In this document: positions 10,001-19,085 of the stretch, in pieces | How positions within the stretch are numbered: the stretch's first letter is position 1 | Layout: every line of letters starts with the position of its first letter | Origin: an uncultured Bacillales bacterium | GTDB lineage: Bacteria; Bacillota_I; Bacilli_A; RFN20; CAG-449 | Direction: 5' to 3' | DNA: 64,000 bases | Assembly (NCBI GenBank): GCA_946641515.1 | Contig: CAMPBT010000002.1 | Span: forward strand, 43,890 to 107,889 | Made by a program: the position numbers and the translations under genes | The notes under the pieces: generated by a model | What the model was told of the DNA's origin: nothing | Databases searched by the model: none | The model's input: only the letters and a program-made list of their open reading frames with translations

Positions 10001-10580
10001 TATCAATAACGCTGCCATGGATGTGAAAAATTGCAGGTTCAGTATTTTTATATTCAATTGTATTTTCATAAAAATCCCTTGAATAAAAGATATTATTTTT
10101 ATTTGCTATCGCGCTATCTAACAACCTGTCTGCATTAGTTGTAATTATAGTTGCGTTCATTCGCTTTAATGCATTTATAAACTTTTTTAATTTTTCTTGA
10201 TTCATTTCGTTTTTATTTGAAATAGTTAAGTGTTTTTCAAAATGTTCATAAAAAAGGTCTTTTTTATTATATTGTTCATATACATTAAACACTATTGTGA
10301 TGAGCATTTTAGCGTCCTTACCAACACTACTTCTATAATCTTCCTTTGTTTGATAATCAATCAACTTATCATTAAAGCAATCTTCTAATAGTCTATAAGC
10401 AAAATCATTCCATAATGGTAACCCAAATAATTTTGAAACACCCGCTCCAGCAAAAATAACTAAATGCTTTTTATCGATTTTAATCGAGTCTATCAATTTC
10501 TTTATGTTAGGATTTCTATTATCAATTTTAGTCTCAAAATCTAATTTTATCTCATTATTACTAGAAGTTAAATAGTCCAT
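7095..10580 (-). CDS. Large SIR2-domain protein (defence-associated sirtuin-like NADase)
   Basis: N-terminal IFAGAGVS, ITTNAD, HIHGS and LFIGSSMSE motifs; about 850-aa helical C-terminal region. Confidence 0.85.
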   Translation of the reverse strand: MDYLTSSNNEIKLDFETKIDNRNPNIKKLIDSIKIDKKHLVIFAGAGVSKLFGLPLWNDFAYRLLEDCFNDKLIDYQTKEDYRSSVGKDAKMLITIVFNVYEQYNKKDLFYEHFEKHLTISNKNEMNQEKLKKFINALKRMNATIITTNADRLLDSAIANKNNIFYSRDFYENTIEYKNTEPAIFHIHGSVIDNDSLIFTADQYIGRYKNSSSTFSPLMESIFKNQDVAYLFIGSSMSEMELLQYIIKGDYTSSNKFILNGFYEYQKQYVIASEKYYRDHFGFTQISYSFKNKGYDNIIDFIVSLSNEFITTPSFKESFYKTIIEHVDLGDVDLIINDVCDAVDKGLSLQLISNIFSHINARNYASEFFRLLYSKRPSFFDVNYFSIKDNTIQNIVMTELSFCHNFVKQKRKKFNSFLNGYIKRIDEIIKSSSFNLVDNYKIIVCYISYISMASSKANQKRIVSIIKLLFKKNVSYVTSIFYSLSNYSLEPSICYDIVLAFLNATLYNNEYIQFYEINAFIKNNFNKIMGYNSLGYFNKLRELIIKVDEKYPYKYGDMGAIYDYVNKTSSLRYESYLVKLIKDVIDNLLPSQVLQAFNLCETNSRIDKKIKLYFIDIHYSKMKDKITLDLINSIDCISSLGWIIKNHRELRQGEDKKDFEQLINQCNFDGEDKDDVDGLKQILIDMLNDRDYKQNINIKSRYKYYDYFNIGKMYFVSNVLRNTTNVYSMIANETVSSVVDFINKPENYSFDLDDALEKYFTDDKIEQLLKQPEIFLSISDDKWYFSILKKLYSKENNTIDKSLVLDFMIKIIEKCSNGENAWLWMEILKKNNLLSNREESKFIMGVIFDKVISKEVSFKVDSDYIGFMINNNLFECTRILCELHIESDDIYDYIKGILDTYKNSSNWLILLGAISSIYDEIYESNPDIKDLLLDYILSDDDEISLCIYNGLIFSHGVRKNELINEKTFVNIFSRLDHDAIEFYSQLVLLNYWNFDEKIVQFIAQNCRTDYLSEVINCYNKSVKKDINSLINIIFWFSSNNNVRVNISKDLLELLIVNFSNHRLKDACRLIAFNRYEYIDWEELEPAFKKLMSLNEDYFISSIFIPLSDMYLAANRLYIEDEFIEIFDHIYNSIINRADLELMEGFATRAFDLGIEKFAKYN

Positions 10581-10618
10581 AATCCCTCAATAATACCTAC
10601 ATAAATAATTTATGAATT

Positions 10619-10635
10619 TTAAACGTTTTCGCTCT
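10619..10635. repeat. 17-bp direct repeat, copy 2 (TTAAACGTTTTCGCTCT)
   Basis: Identical to 599-615; upstream of the SIR2 gene. Confidence 0.85.
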
Positions 10636-10796
10636 AATTAAGATTATACTACACGCTTTCACAAAATCCCATATGTAAAAGACTTTTATTTACATATTTT
10701 GCTACATTTATATATGAAAAAAGACCAGATTATTCATCTGATCTTATATAATAGTATTTATATAAACAGTCTATCTATTCGACTGCGTAATACCTA

Positions 10797-10885
10797 TGGC
10801 GGAGAAAATGGGATTCGAACCCATGCTGGCTTTCACCACTGGCAGTTTTCGAAACTGCTCTCTTCGACCACTTGAGTATTTCTCC
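10797..10885 (-). tRNA. tRNA-Ser(CGA)
   Basis: GGAGAAA acceptor stem, anticodon arm GCAGT-TTCGAAA-ACTGC, long variable arm, GGTTCGAATCC, encoded CCA. Confidence 0.95.
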
Positions 10886-10978
10886 GTATGTTTATAATTA
10901 TAACTACATATATTAAAAAATTAAACAAATCTTTGTTTTACAAAGATGAATCTAATATAATTAGGTGTAGGAGAATTT

Positions 10979-12763
10979 ATGGAATTTGAAATCTTTGGTT
11001 GGACCTTTAATTTATCAATTCATTGGCCACTACTAATATTAGTTATATTGTTTGTCATAGTCTTATCATTTGGACTAGGCATTTTAATATACACTAAAAA
11101 AGTAAATTCAACGATTAAGAACTTTAAATCCGGTAAATCAAATACTAGATTCTATACTATCTATTTTAATGAAAACAAAGTCTATGTAGTAGATAAACGT
11201 AATTTAACAAATAAACGAATCTTCACTCTAGAAGAATTCTATCATTCAATATCAGATGAAGAATACATCAAAGTAAAGATGTGGATGACTGAATTATTAT
11301 ATAAAGATAAATCAATGCAAGATTCATTAGATGTTCAAGTAAGATTAAATAAAGATAATTCATTAATATTCGGTGTTCTTACTTGTACAAGCATTGATTA
11401 TGATAAGAAGATTGCACACGTTGAATGTAAACTCTTCCCTGAATATAGAAGAACGTATCTAAGTACATCCAATAGTTCATTTAACCCAGAATTACAAGAA
11501 GGCGAATTAAAGAATTATTTCTATTTATCAGATAAGAATATGACAACAATGTATGTCATAAGATTATATTCTAAAGAAAACTTAGGTCATTCTAATACCT
11601 CCTTTAGAGCGAAAACTATCTTAATGAGATTAATCATCTCTAGATTACAAAAGAACTTAAATGATAGTAAAAGAATTTGTTTAACCTCAAATAACGAATT
11701 AATCATTCTCGATATCGCTTCAGGATATAAGAAAGATATTATCGCTTTCTGTCATATCATCGTTGAAGATATTGAAAAAGTCTTATTCCAATCATCTGTA
11801 CAAGATGATTACTCCTTCATTATTGGTATTTGTTATGACCGTAATAAACAATACGATTATAAGACCATGTATAACAACGCTAAAGAAGTATCAATCTATG
11901 GTCAAAAGCAAGGCCAAGATCAATTTATCTTCTATTCACCAAATAAAGAATATGCAAAAGATACTTATCAAGATACCCTCAATACACTTAAAGCTACTCT
12001 TGATAACAAAGCAATCTCAGTTAGATATACAACTATCTACAACTTAAAAGCACGCACTGAAGGCTTCACCTGTGAATTCTTACCAGATGATTCATTACTC
12101 CCTTCAATACATGAAATCTTCAAGATTGCAGACCATAACAAAATCAATTTAGATTTATATAGTGTTCTATATGAAAAAGTAAATACAGCATATACATCTA
12201 AATATTTCCCTACTAAAGAAAAACGTAGATTCATTATTAGATTCAAACTAAAAAACTATAGAACAATTCTAAAGGTAGTAGATTCTTATCCAGTACCAGA
12301 AAATGTTAGAACAATATTCACAATTACAGACGACGATTTATCAAATGTCGCGTCAACTGATAGTAAACTCTTAGAAAGTGCCTTAAAAGCTCTTAAAGCA
12401 GACGACAGAGTAAGACTTGGCTTACAATTCAAAACAACATCAATTGATATTTCTGATGAATTATTAGATCACTTCTCTTATTTCATCTTCAACCAAAATG
12501 ATGACTTCCCAGATTTATTAAAATCTGCAAGAAACCAAATCTTAATGCAAAACTTAATTGCAACTCTTAAGAACCATCCATATGGTAAATTAACTGGTAT
12601 TAACCTTGCAAACTTTGATAACGTAGAATATTTCATTAACTTAGGTTTTAGATATGTCGCTTCTCCTTACTTTGGATCAAGTGTTAATACACTTCCATCT
12701 AATGATACTAAGAAGTTAACTAGACTTACTTCAGTAGGTAAAAAGCTTAGAAAACAGATATAA
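10979..12763 (+). CDS. Membrane-anchored protein with probable degenerate GGDEF and EAL domains
   Basis: N-terminal TM; SNNELII...FIIGIC...AKE...DQFIFYS resembles the GGDEF fold; the C-terminus (..LGFRYVASPYFG) resembles EAL; catalytic motifs absent. Confidence 0.55.
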   Translation: MEFEIFGWTFNLSIHWPLLILVILFVIVLSFGLGILIYTKKVNSTIKNFKSGKSNTRFYTIYFNENKVYVVDKRNLTNKRIFTLEEFYHSISDEEYIKVKMWMTELLYKDKSMQDSLDVQVRLNKDNSLIFGVLTCTSIDYDKKIAHVECKLFPEYRRTYLSTSNSSFNPELQEGELKNYFYLSDKNMTTMYVIRLYSKENLGHSNTSFRAKTILMRLIISRLQKNLNDSKRICLTSNNELIILDIASGYKKDIIAFCHIIVEDIEKVLFQSSVQDDYSFIIGICYDRNKQYDYKTMYNNAKEVSIYGQKQGQDQFIFYSPNKEYAKDTYQDTLNTLKATLDNKAISVRYTTIYNLKARTEGFTCEFLPDDSLLPSIHEIFKIADHNKINLDLYSVLYEKVNTAYTSKYFPTKEKRRFIIRFKLKNYRTILKVVDSYPVPENVRTIFTITDDDLSNVASTDSKLLESALKALKADDRVRLGLQFKTTSIDISDELLDHFSYFIFNQNDDFPDLLKSARNQILMQNLIATLKNHPYGKLTGINLANFDNVEYFINLGFRYVASPYFGSSVNTLPSNDTKKLTRLTSVGKKLRKQI

Positions 12764-12867
12764 GATTCTTAGATTCTTTCTAGGAATCTTTTTTATATTT
12801 AGTTTTCAATTATTCTTTCGTAATTCACATCAAAAAAACTTTCCTAACTAAGTAGGAAAGCTTAATT

Positions 12868-13485
12868 TTATTTATTCTTTTCTTCGTTTTTAATTGTCTT
12901 CTTATAGATTTTTTGAACTAAATCTTCTAAACATAATTGATCAATATCTGGAATATCACTCTTTTCATTAACTTCAACGAATTTTCTAAATTCATTTAAG
13001 TTCATAATGTAATTTCCAGGTGGGCAATTCTTAATTTCATCTAAGATACATGTGTCATTGACAAGAATTACTGAAACAAAGATTCCGTCCATTGCATTAA
13101 CGCTGCTCTTAATGTAATTAAGTCTAGCAGTTGCAAGTAGCATAGGATTTTTAATTCTTTCTATATTAGAAGATGAATTATATTTTAACCATTGAGCATC
13201 TTCATAATTACCACTTACTGGTGCATCATAATATTTAGTACCAATACAGTAAATAAATTTATTAGTAAATAAGATGTGGTCAAAATGAATAATTTTATTT
13301 TCGATAGATAACGCTACTTGATTAATCACGTAAAAATCCTTATCTTCCGCCAAAGAATAAACTTTTCTTCCAACAATACGAGCAAAGAGTTTACGTTCTC
13401 TAAGAGAAACTAGCTTTGGCCATAAGATAAGTAGTATTCCTGCAATAATAATTAAAGTAATTACGACGATTAATACTACGAGCAT
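12868..13485 (-). CDS. NERD (nuclease-related domain) protein with an N-terminal TM anchor
   Basis: IHFDHILFTNKFIYCIGTKYY...W...KNPM pattern. Confidence 0.75.
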   Translation of the reverse strand: MLVVLIVVITLIIIAGILLILWPKLVSLRERKLFARIVGRKVYSLAEDKDFYVINQVALSIENKIIHFDHILFTNKFIYCIGTKYYDAPVSGNYEDAQWLKYNSSSNIERIKNPMLLATARLNYIKSSVNAMDGIFVSVILVNDTCILDEIKNCPPGNYIMNLNEFRKFVEVNEKSDIPDIDQLCLEDLVQKIYKKTIKNEEKNK

Positions 13486-13504
13486 TTTATCTCCTAACTA
13501 ATAT

Positions 13505-14221
13505 TTATTCTTTAATAGCAACTTCAAGAGCAATTTCCATCATTTGTTTGAATGATGTTTGTCTTTGTTCTGCTGTTGTTTCTTCATGAGTAATGAATGA
13601 ATCAGAAACTGTTAAAATTGTTAAAGCTTTTTTGCCTAAGTAAGCTGCGTTGCAGTATAAAGCATATGATTCCATTTCAACACCTAAGATTCCAAGCTTC
13701 TGCCATTTTTTCCATACTTCTGGTTGATCATTATAGAAAATATCAGATGCTAAAACGTTACCAACATGGACGTTTTCTTTTGGCATAATCTTATTTGCAA
13801 TTTCATATGCATCTTTTAACATATCAAAGTCTGCAATTGCAGAATATGTTCCAGGGATTCCATATTGTGAGAACCAATTTGAGTTTGTACATGAACCTTG
13901 TCCTAAGATAACATCGAAGACTTTGCAGTCTGGTGAATATGCTCCACATGTACCAATACGGATAATTTTTTCTACTCCATATTGATCAAATAATTCATAT
14001 GAATAAATACCAATTGAAGGCATACCCATACCTGAACCCATAACAGATACTTCGTGTCCTTTATATTTACCAGTGAAGCCTAACATATTTCTAACACCGT
14101 TGACTTGCTTAACATCTGTTAAGAAATTTTCAGCGATGAATTTTGCTCTTAATGGGTCTCCTGGCATTAATACTGTTTTAGCGAAATCGCCCTTTTGTGC
14201 ATTATTGTGTGCTGTGCTCAT
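13505..14221 (-). CDS. deoD: Purine nucleoside phosphorylase DeoD
   Basis: VLMPGDPLRAKFIAE, GMGMPSIGIYSYEL, GVEMES. Confidence 0.97.
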   Translation of the reverse strand: MSTAHNNAQKGDFAKTVLMPGDPLRAKFIAENFLTDVKQVNGVRNMLGFTGKYKGHEVSVMGSGMGMPSIGIYSYELFDQYGVEKIIRIGTCGAYSPDCKVFDVILGQGSCTNSNWFSQYGIPGTYSAIADFDMLKDAYEIANKIMPKENVHVGNVLASDIFYNDQPEVWKKWQKLGILGVEMESYALYCNAAYLGKKALTILTVSDSFITHEETTAEQRQTSFKQMMEIALEVAIKE

Positions 14222-14223
14222 TT

Positions 14224-14694
14224 TTAATCCTCCTCATCAACATCAATAATTGTTGTGCCTGATAATATATCAGTAAAAGTACGCTTATCTCTTCTACCAA
14301 CTAACGAATAGAATGATGCGAAAATAGAAAGTCCAAAGGTAGTAACAAAAAGTAAAATATGACCAAAGAATTCTCTTACGAATAAAGTACCAAAATCCAC
14401 TTTATCTCCATTGCCTTTAACAATCCTAAGTCCAAAAAATTTCATTCCAATAGTTTGACCATTAAATATAGAAGGAATGCCAATGTAATAAAGGATAACG
14501 ATAATAAAAGATAATCCTCCAAAAAGTAGCATACTTAAAGTTAATTTAACGATCTCACTGGAAGAAGGTTCATTAATGTTATGGATTAGTAAAAGAATAG
14601 GTCTAAGCATGGTTAATAAAACAAGTGCATAACAAAGCGCAAAATCAAATAATGCCGCAATTGTACGTCTACCTGTCTTTGCATATTTAATCAT
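14224..14694 (-). CDS. RDD-family membrane protein
   Basis: RRTIAALFD, GQTIGMKFFGLRIV, FVRE, DILSGT; start moved to ATG 14694 because of the RBS. Confidence 0.85.
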   Translation of the reverse strand: MIKYAKTGRRTIAALFDFALCYALVLLTMLRPILLLIHNINEPSSSEIVKLTLSMLLFGGLSFIIVILYYIGIPSIFNGQTIGMKFFGLRIVKGNGDKVDFGTLFVREFFGHILLFVTTFGLSIFASFYSLVGRRDKRTFTDILSGTTIIDVDEED

Positions 14695-14751
14695 ATAGAT
14701 CACCTTCTTTTTCTATGTACTATCTTAACATTAAAACTTTATAAAATAAAG

Positions 14752-15060
14752 TTAAAATAATACGCTAGTAGTTAGCTCTAAACGATAAATTCTTCTTTGA
14801 CGGATATCAAAGATAAAATCAATTTGTTTTTCACCCCATCTACATTCTTGTTTAATAGCAGCAGATGATTCGAATCTTCTTAATTTTTCAAACTTAGGAA
14901 GATTCTTTCTTAAACCTTTTTCAAGAGTTTCAATAGGATAAGTTTTATCTTCATCGATTACATATAAGACTGTGTCTTTTGTAAAGAACTTATAAAATCC
15001 ATCAAAATCTTCTTTTTCAATTTTTTCAAAAAATAAATCTACTAATTCTAAATTTGTCAT
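14752..15060 (-). CDS. Small hypothetical protein, possibly NTF2/SnoaL-like
   Basis: 102 aa; LVDLFFEKIEKEDFDGFYKFFTKD resembles the N-terminus of SnoaL-like domains; coupled to galK. Confidence 0.55.
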   Translation of the reverse strand: MTNLELVDLFFEKIEKEDFDGFYKFFTKDTVLYVIDEDKTYPIETLEKGLRKNLPKFEKLRRFESSAAIKQECRWGEKQIDFIFDIRQRRIYRLELTTSVLF

Positions 15061-16271
15061 TACTTTACATCCTTTATTTTGGTAACGTATCTAGTACCAT
15101 ATTTATTTAATGCAATCTTTCTAACATTCTTTTCACCATAGACTTTTCTCATTTCTTTGATGTAGTCATAAACTTCATTCTTGTCGACAATAGCAAGCAT
15201 TGTACCTGCAAAGCCTCCACCATGAACTCTACTAGCACCGTGGTGAATAATCTTCTTAGAAAGTAATAAACCTTTAGGTAAGTTTTCTTCTATAGAATTA
15301 ACATAGCAGTTCTTTAATTGATAGAAAGATGATTCACCAGATTCATTAATCATCTTAATAAATGTTTCTTGGTCTCCTTCTTTCATAGCTTTTAAAGCTA
15401 ATTCAACTCTATGGTTTTCTTCAAAATAATGTTTTGCTCTTAAATATGCTCTTTCACTTAATTTAGCAATGATTTCATCTTTACGAGAATAGAAATCATT
15501 TTCATCAACTTCTCTTAAGACATCTTTACCAAATAATTTAGCTACATCAAACATATCATCCTTAATTTGAGCGTAGTTAGCAGTTAACTGAGAATGAGAA
15601 TCTCTAGTATTAATTAATACTAAATCAAAATCTTTTAATGTTGATTGTAATGAGATAACTATAGGGTCAGTAGTTGACTTAAAGTCCATATAGTTAACTC
15701 CACCGAAAGCAATACCAGATTGGTCAAGAAGTCCACATGGTTTATTGAAATAAACAGATTCTGCAAATTGACCAATTACTGCTTCTTCGAAAGGTTTAAT
15801 AACATCGTTATTATAGTAGAAAGAAACGATCTTTGTAATTAAGTTTTCAAAAGCTGCAGAAGAAGATACACCTGCACCTTTGAAAATAGTAGTTGTTGTG
15901 ACAACCTTGGCTCCCCCAATCTTATAACCAAGTTCTTTCATCTTGAAAAGAACGCCTCTAATAATACCAATAGATTGGTTATATTCATCTTCTCTCTTAT
16001 CAAGGTCATTGATATCAACCTTCATAACTGGGAAGCCATTAGTTTTATAAATGAAATAGTTATCATCTGACTTTTTAGCAACTGCTAAAATGTTAAGGTC
16101 AATAGAAGATACCATAACTTTACCATGATTATGGTCAGTATGGTTTCCAAGTAATTCAATTCTACCTGGAGAAGAAAAGACATCTTCTGCTTCTTCTTTA
16201 AAATAATCTTTAAAATCTTTTGTTAATTTATTTACTCTAAGAGCAAATCTAGAATTAGTTTTCTTTTCCAT
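15060..16271 (-). CDS. galK: Galactokinase
   Basis: SPGRIELLGNHTDHN, GAGVSSSAA, CGLLDQ, GGGFAG. Confidence 0.95.
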   Translation of the reverse strand: MEKKTNSRFALRVNKLTKDFKDYFKEEAEDVFSSPGRIELLGNHTDHNHGKVMVSSIDLNILAVAKKSDDNYFIYKTNGFPVMKVDINDLDKREDEYNQSIGIIRGVLFKMKELGYKIGGAKVVTTTTIFKGAGVSSSAAFENLITKIVSFYYNNDVIKPFEEAVIGQFAESVYFNKPCGLLDQSGIAFGGVNYMDFKSTTDPIVISLQSTLKDFDLVLINTRDSHSQLTANYAQIKDDMFDVAKLFGKDVLREVDENDFYSRKDEIIAKLSERAYLRAKHYFEENHRVELALKAMKEGDQETFIKMINESGESSFYQLKNCYVNSIEENLPKGLLLSKKIIHHGASRVHGGGFAGTMLAIVDKNEVYDYIKEMRKVYGEKNVRKIALNKYGTRYVTKIKDVK

Positions 16272-16276
16272 AATAA

Positions 16277-17797
16277 TTAAAATCCTACTTTCTTCATGAA
16301 ACGGTCAAATGCTTCTTCACCCGCTTCATTTTCTTTAAATACTGCTGTGTTTTCAAGGATATGTTCACAAGTATCCCCGATATATTTAGTAACGATATCT
16401 TTAGATTCTTCTAAAGTATTCTTTGTTCCATATTTAGATACTAATGAATTAATCATATCTTTATGTACACCCATATCTTCTTGAGAAGATAAAACTTCAC
16501 TTGAAGTAACTTTACCACTTAAGATTTCTTCAATAGTACCCATTTGACGTTTAAGTCTAGCAGGTAAAATGAATAAGCCCATAGCTTCAATTAAACCAAT
16601 ACCTTCTTTCTTGATATTGTGGTATTCCTTATGAGCGTGGAAGATACCTTCTGGGTTAACTTCATCACATCTATTATTTCTTAAGATTAAATATAAAGCG
16701 TATTCTTCGCCTTCTTTTCTTGAGCAAGGAGTAATAGTATTGTGTAAACCATTATTATCATTAGAGATAACACCTACTGATTCATCATCATATTTTCTCC
16801 ATTCATCTAAGAATCTACATGCTAATTTTGCAATTGATTCTTTATTCTTAGAAGCAAGTTTAATAGTAGAGTTATACCATTTTAAATGAGAAACTCTAAC
16901 ATCTTTAAATTCTTCATGAACATATGTTTTACCTTCTTTTGATGAGAAGACAGGAAGTAAGTGTCTACCACCCTGATAATGTTCGTGAGATAAAATAGAT
17001 CCACCGACAATTGGTAAGTCAGCATTAGAACCAACAAAGAAACCTGGGAATTCATCTAAGAAATCAAGTAACTTAGTAAATGTACCATGGTTAATAGACA
17101 TATCTGCATGTTTTCTATTAATGCAAATTGCATGTTCATAATAATATCCGTATGGAGAATATTGTAAGAACCAATCTTCTCCTCCTAGTTTACAAGGAAC
17201 ATATCTAATAGTTCTTCTTGGAGCCTTCTTTAAAGATCCCCAGTAACCTAAGTTCTCTTCACATAATAAGCACTTAGGATATGCTGTAGATTTTTCAAGT
17301 TTAGCTTTTAAAATATCAGCATTAGATTTTTCTGGTTTAGATAAGTTGATAGAAATTTCCATCTTATATCTATGAGAAGTATCTTCCCAAACAATGTTTT
17401 TATCAATTGCGGATTTTGCAACATAATTGTTTTTAATTTGATAATCATAGAAGAAATCTAAGGCTGCATCTGTACCTTTAGATAACTTAATTTCATTGAA
17501 CTTTCTTAAAAATTCCTGAGGTTTATAAGAAACTACTCCAATTAATTCATCAATTAATAAATGAACATTAGAAGAATCTGCTTTACCTTCTTCTACTAGT
17601 TCCTTAGTTAATTTTTCAACAAGTTCATCTGGTCTAGATAATGATTTAATATGTTCAACATCAACTGCTTTATAAGATGGTTCATCAAAACCTAAGATCA
17701 TAAGTAAAGTGTTTCTAGCATAAATATCATCTAAATCTTCTAAGCCTAAATGAGCTTTACCATATTCTACTAATTCATTTAATGTATCTAATAACAT
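16277..17797 (-). CDS. galT: Galactose-1-phosphate uridylyltransferase, class II
   Basis: INLSKPEK, YPKCLLCEEN, QYSPYGYYYEH, GSNADLPIVGGSILSHEHYQGG. Confidence 0.95.
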   Translation of the reverse strand: MLLDTLNELVEYGKAHLGLEDLDDIYARNTLLMILGFDEPSYKAVDVEHIKSLSRPDELVEKLTKELVEEGKADSSNVHLLIDELIGVVSYKPQEFLRKFNEIKLSKGTDAALDFFYDYQIKNNYVAKSAIDKNIVWEDTSHRYKMEISINLSKPEKSNADILKAKLEKSTAYPKCLLCEENLGYWGSLKKAPRRTIRYVPCKLGGEDWFLQYSPYGYYYEHAICINRKHADMSINHGTFTKLLDFLDEFPGFFVGSNADLPIVGGSILSHEHYQGGRHLLPVFSSKEGKTYVHEEFKDVRVSHLKWYNSTIKLASKNKESIAKLACRFLDEWRKYDDESVGVISNDNNGLHNTITPCSRKEGEEYALYLILRNNRCDEVNPEGIFHAHKEYHNIKKEGIGLIEAMGLFILPARLKRQMGTIEEILSGKVTSSEVLSSQEDMGVHKDMINSLVSKYGTKNTLEESKDIVTKYIGDTCEHILENTAVFKENEAGEEAFDRFMKKVGF

Positions 17798-17799
17798 AA

Positions 17800-18738
17800 C
17801 TATTTTCTCCTCTCAATTTCGTAACTAATGTATTCTTTATAAAATTTATTTTTTTCTAGTATTAATGATTCATTGTCGTAAGCTTTTCCTTCACATTCAA
17901 TGGCCACTCCTTTAAAAGGACGTGGAGAATAAACATGAAGTATAGGATAAGTTGATTTAACTTTTAAAAGATATTTACTACCTTCTAATATCGAATCATT
18001 TTCTTTCTTTTTATCTAAGATGAAGTCTGTGTCGTAGGTACCTACTACCGTTTTTTCTACTTCTTCATAATCTTTAATAATCTGTTTACCTTTTCTAAAG
18101 TCATAAATCTTATTAACTTTATCTTCTTTAACAAAGAGTAGATCTTTATCTACCTCTACATACTTACTCGCATCTATCGTAAGTTTAATTTGACTTACGT
18201 CTTCTTCTCCTAGCCTCCAGTAATTATGGTTAGTTAAATTACAGATAGTATCTTTATCTGATATTGCTTTAAACTCAACATCAATCTTATTTTGATTTTT
18301 ATAAACAGTATATTTAACATTAAGACTTAAATTACCAGGATAACCTTCTTCTTTATCTTTACTAATTCTAGAGAAATCAATTTGATAAACAGCATCATTT
18401 TCTTCAACATTAGTTTTAAAATTACGGTAAGAAAAAGATTTAATTCCTCCATGTAAAGAATTCTTATCCTTCTTTCTAACTTGATAAACATCTTGACCAA
18501 TCTTAAAAATTCCGTCTTTAATTCGACCGCAGGTTCTTCCGACAGTCTTACCATTATAAGACGAAGAAAACATGAACTTACTAAGTTCATTTTCTTGATC
18601 AGTCAGTAATTCATTATCAAGGTAGATTCCTTTTATTGCTGCTCCGAATGAGCAGAAGACTACTTTAAGTCCTAAAGCATTTGTAACTTCAATTAATTTA
18701 ATTTTTTTGAATCTAACATATTTGTTTTGAATTACCAT
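17800..18738 (-). CDS. galM: Aldose 1-epimerase
   Basis: GRTCGRI, NSLHGG, EEGYPGNL, NLTNHNYW; ATG 18738 preferred because of the RBS. Confidence 0.9.
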   Translation of the reverse strand: MVIQNKYVRFKKIKLIEVTNALGLKVVFCSFGAAIKGIYLDNELLTDQENELSKFMFSSSYNGKTVGRTCGRIKDGIFKIGQDVYQVRKKDKNSLHGGIKSFSYRNFKTNVEENDAVYQIDFSRISKDKEEGYPGNLSLNVKYTVYKNQNKIDVEFKAISDKDTICNLTNHNYWRLGEEDVSQIKLTIDASKYVEVDKDLLFVKEDKVNKIYDFRKGKQIIKDYEEVEKTVVGTYDTDFILDKKKENDSILEGSKYLLKVKSTYPILHVYSPRPFKGVAIECEGKAYDNESLILEKNKFYKEYISYEIERRK

Positions 18739-18880
18739 ATAAATAATCTCCACTTAAAATTTATTATAACATAATAAAAAGAACATGCTATTACAAATAA
18801 TGAGATATATCCTATCAAAATGTTTATTTTCGTTAAAAATGAAAGAAAATAATATATCTCCTATCAACGAAATTATTTAA

Positions 18881-18960
18881 AAAGTTTATAAAGTTTACAA
18901 GAGTTCATCAAAGTTTATAAAAACTATGGTTTAAAGCCAAAAGTTTATCAAAGTTTATAA
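18881..18960. repeat. Phased AAGTTTA direct repeats in the divergent galM/19086 intergenic region
   Basis: Copies at 18882, 18891, 18901 (GAGTTCA), 18911, 18941 and 18951. Confidence 0.75.
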
Positions 18961-19085
18961 AGATTAAATTAAAAGACTACAATATTTTTGTACAACATCA
19001 TCGCTTTTGTAATGTTTTTACCTAAAATACATTTACATAAAATCTAATTAAATTTAAAATGTAATTAACAATATGAGGTAAAAAT

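Noticed and set aside
1-10800. Prophage or ICE at tRNA-Ser
   Set aside because: No integrase, phage structural or conjugation genes, and no duplicated tRNA 3' end within the window
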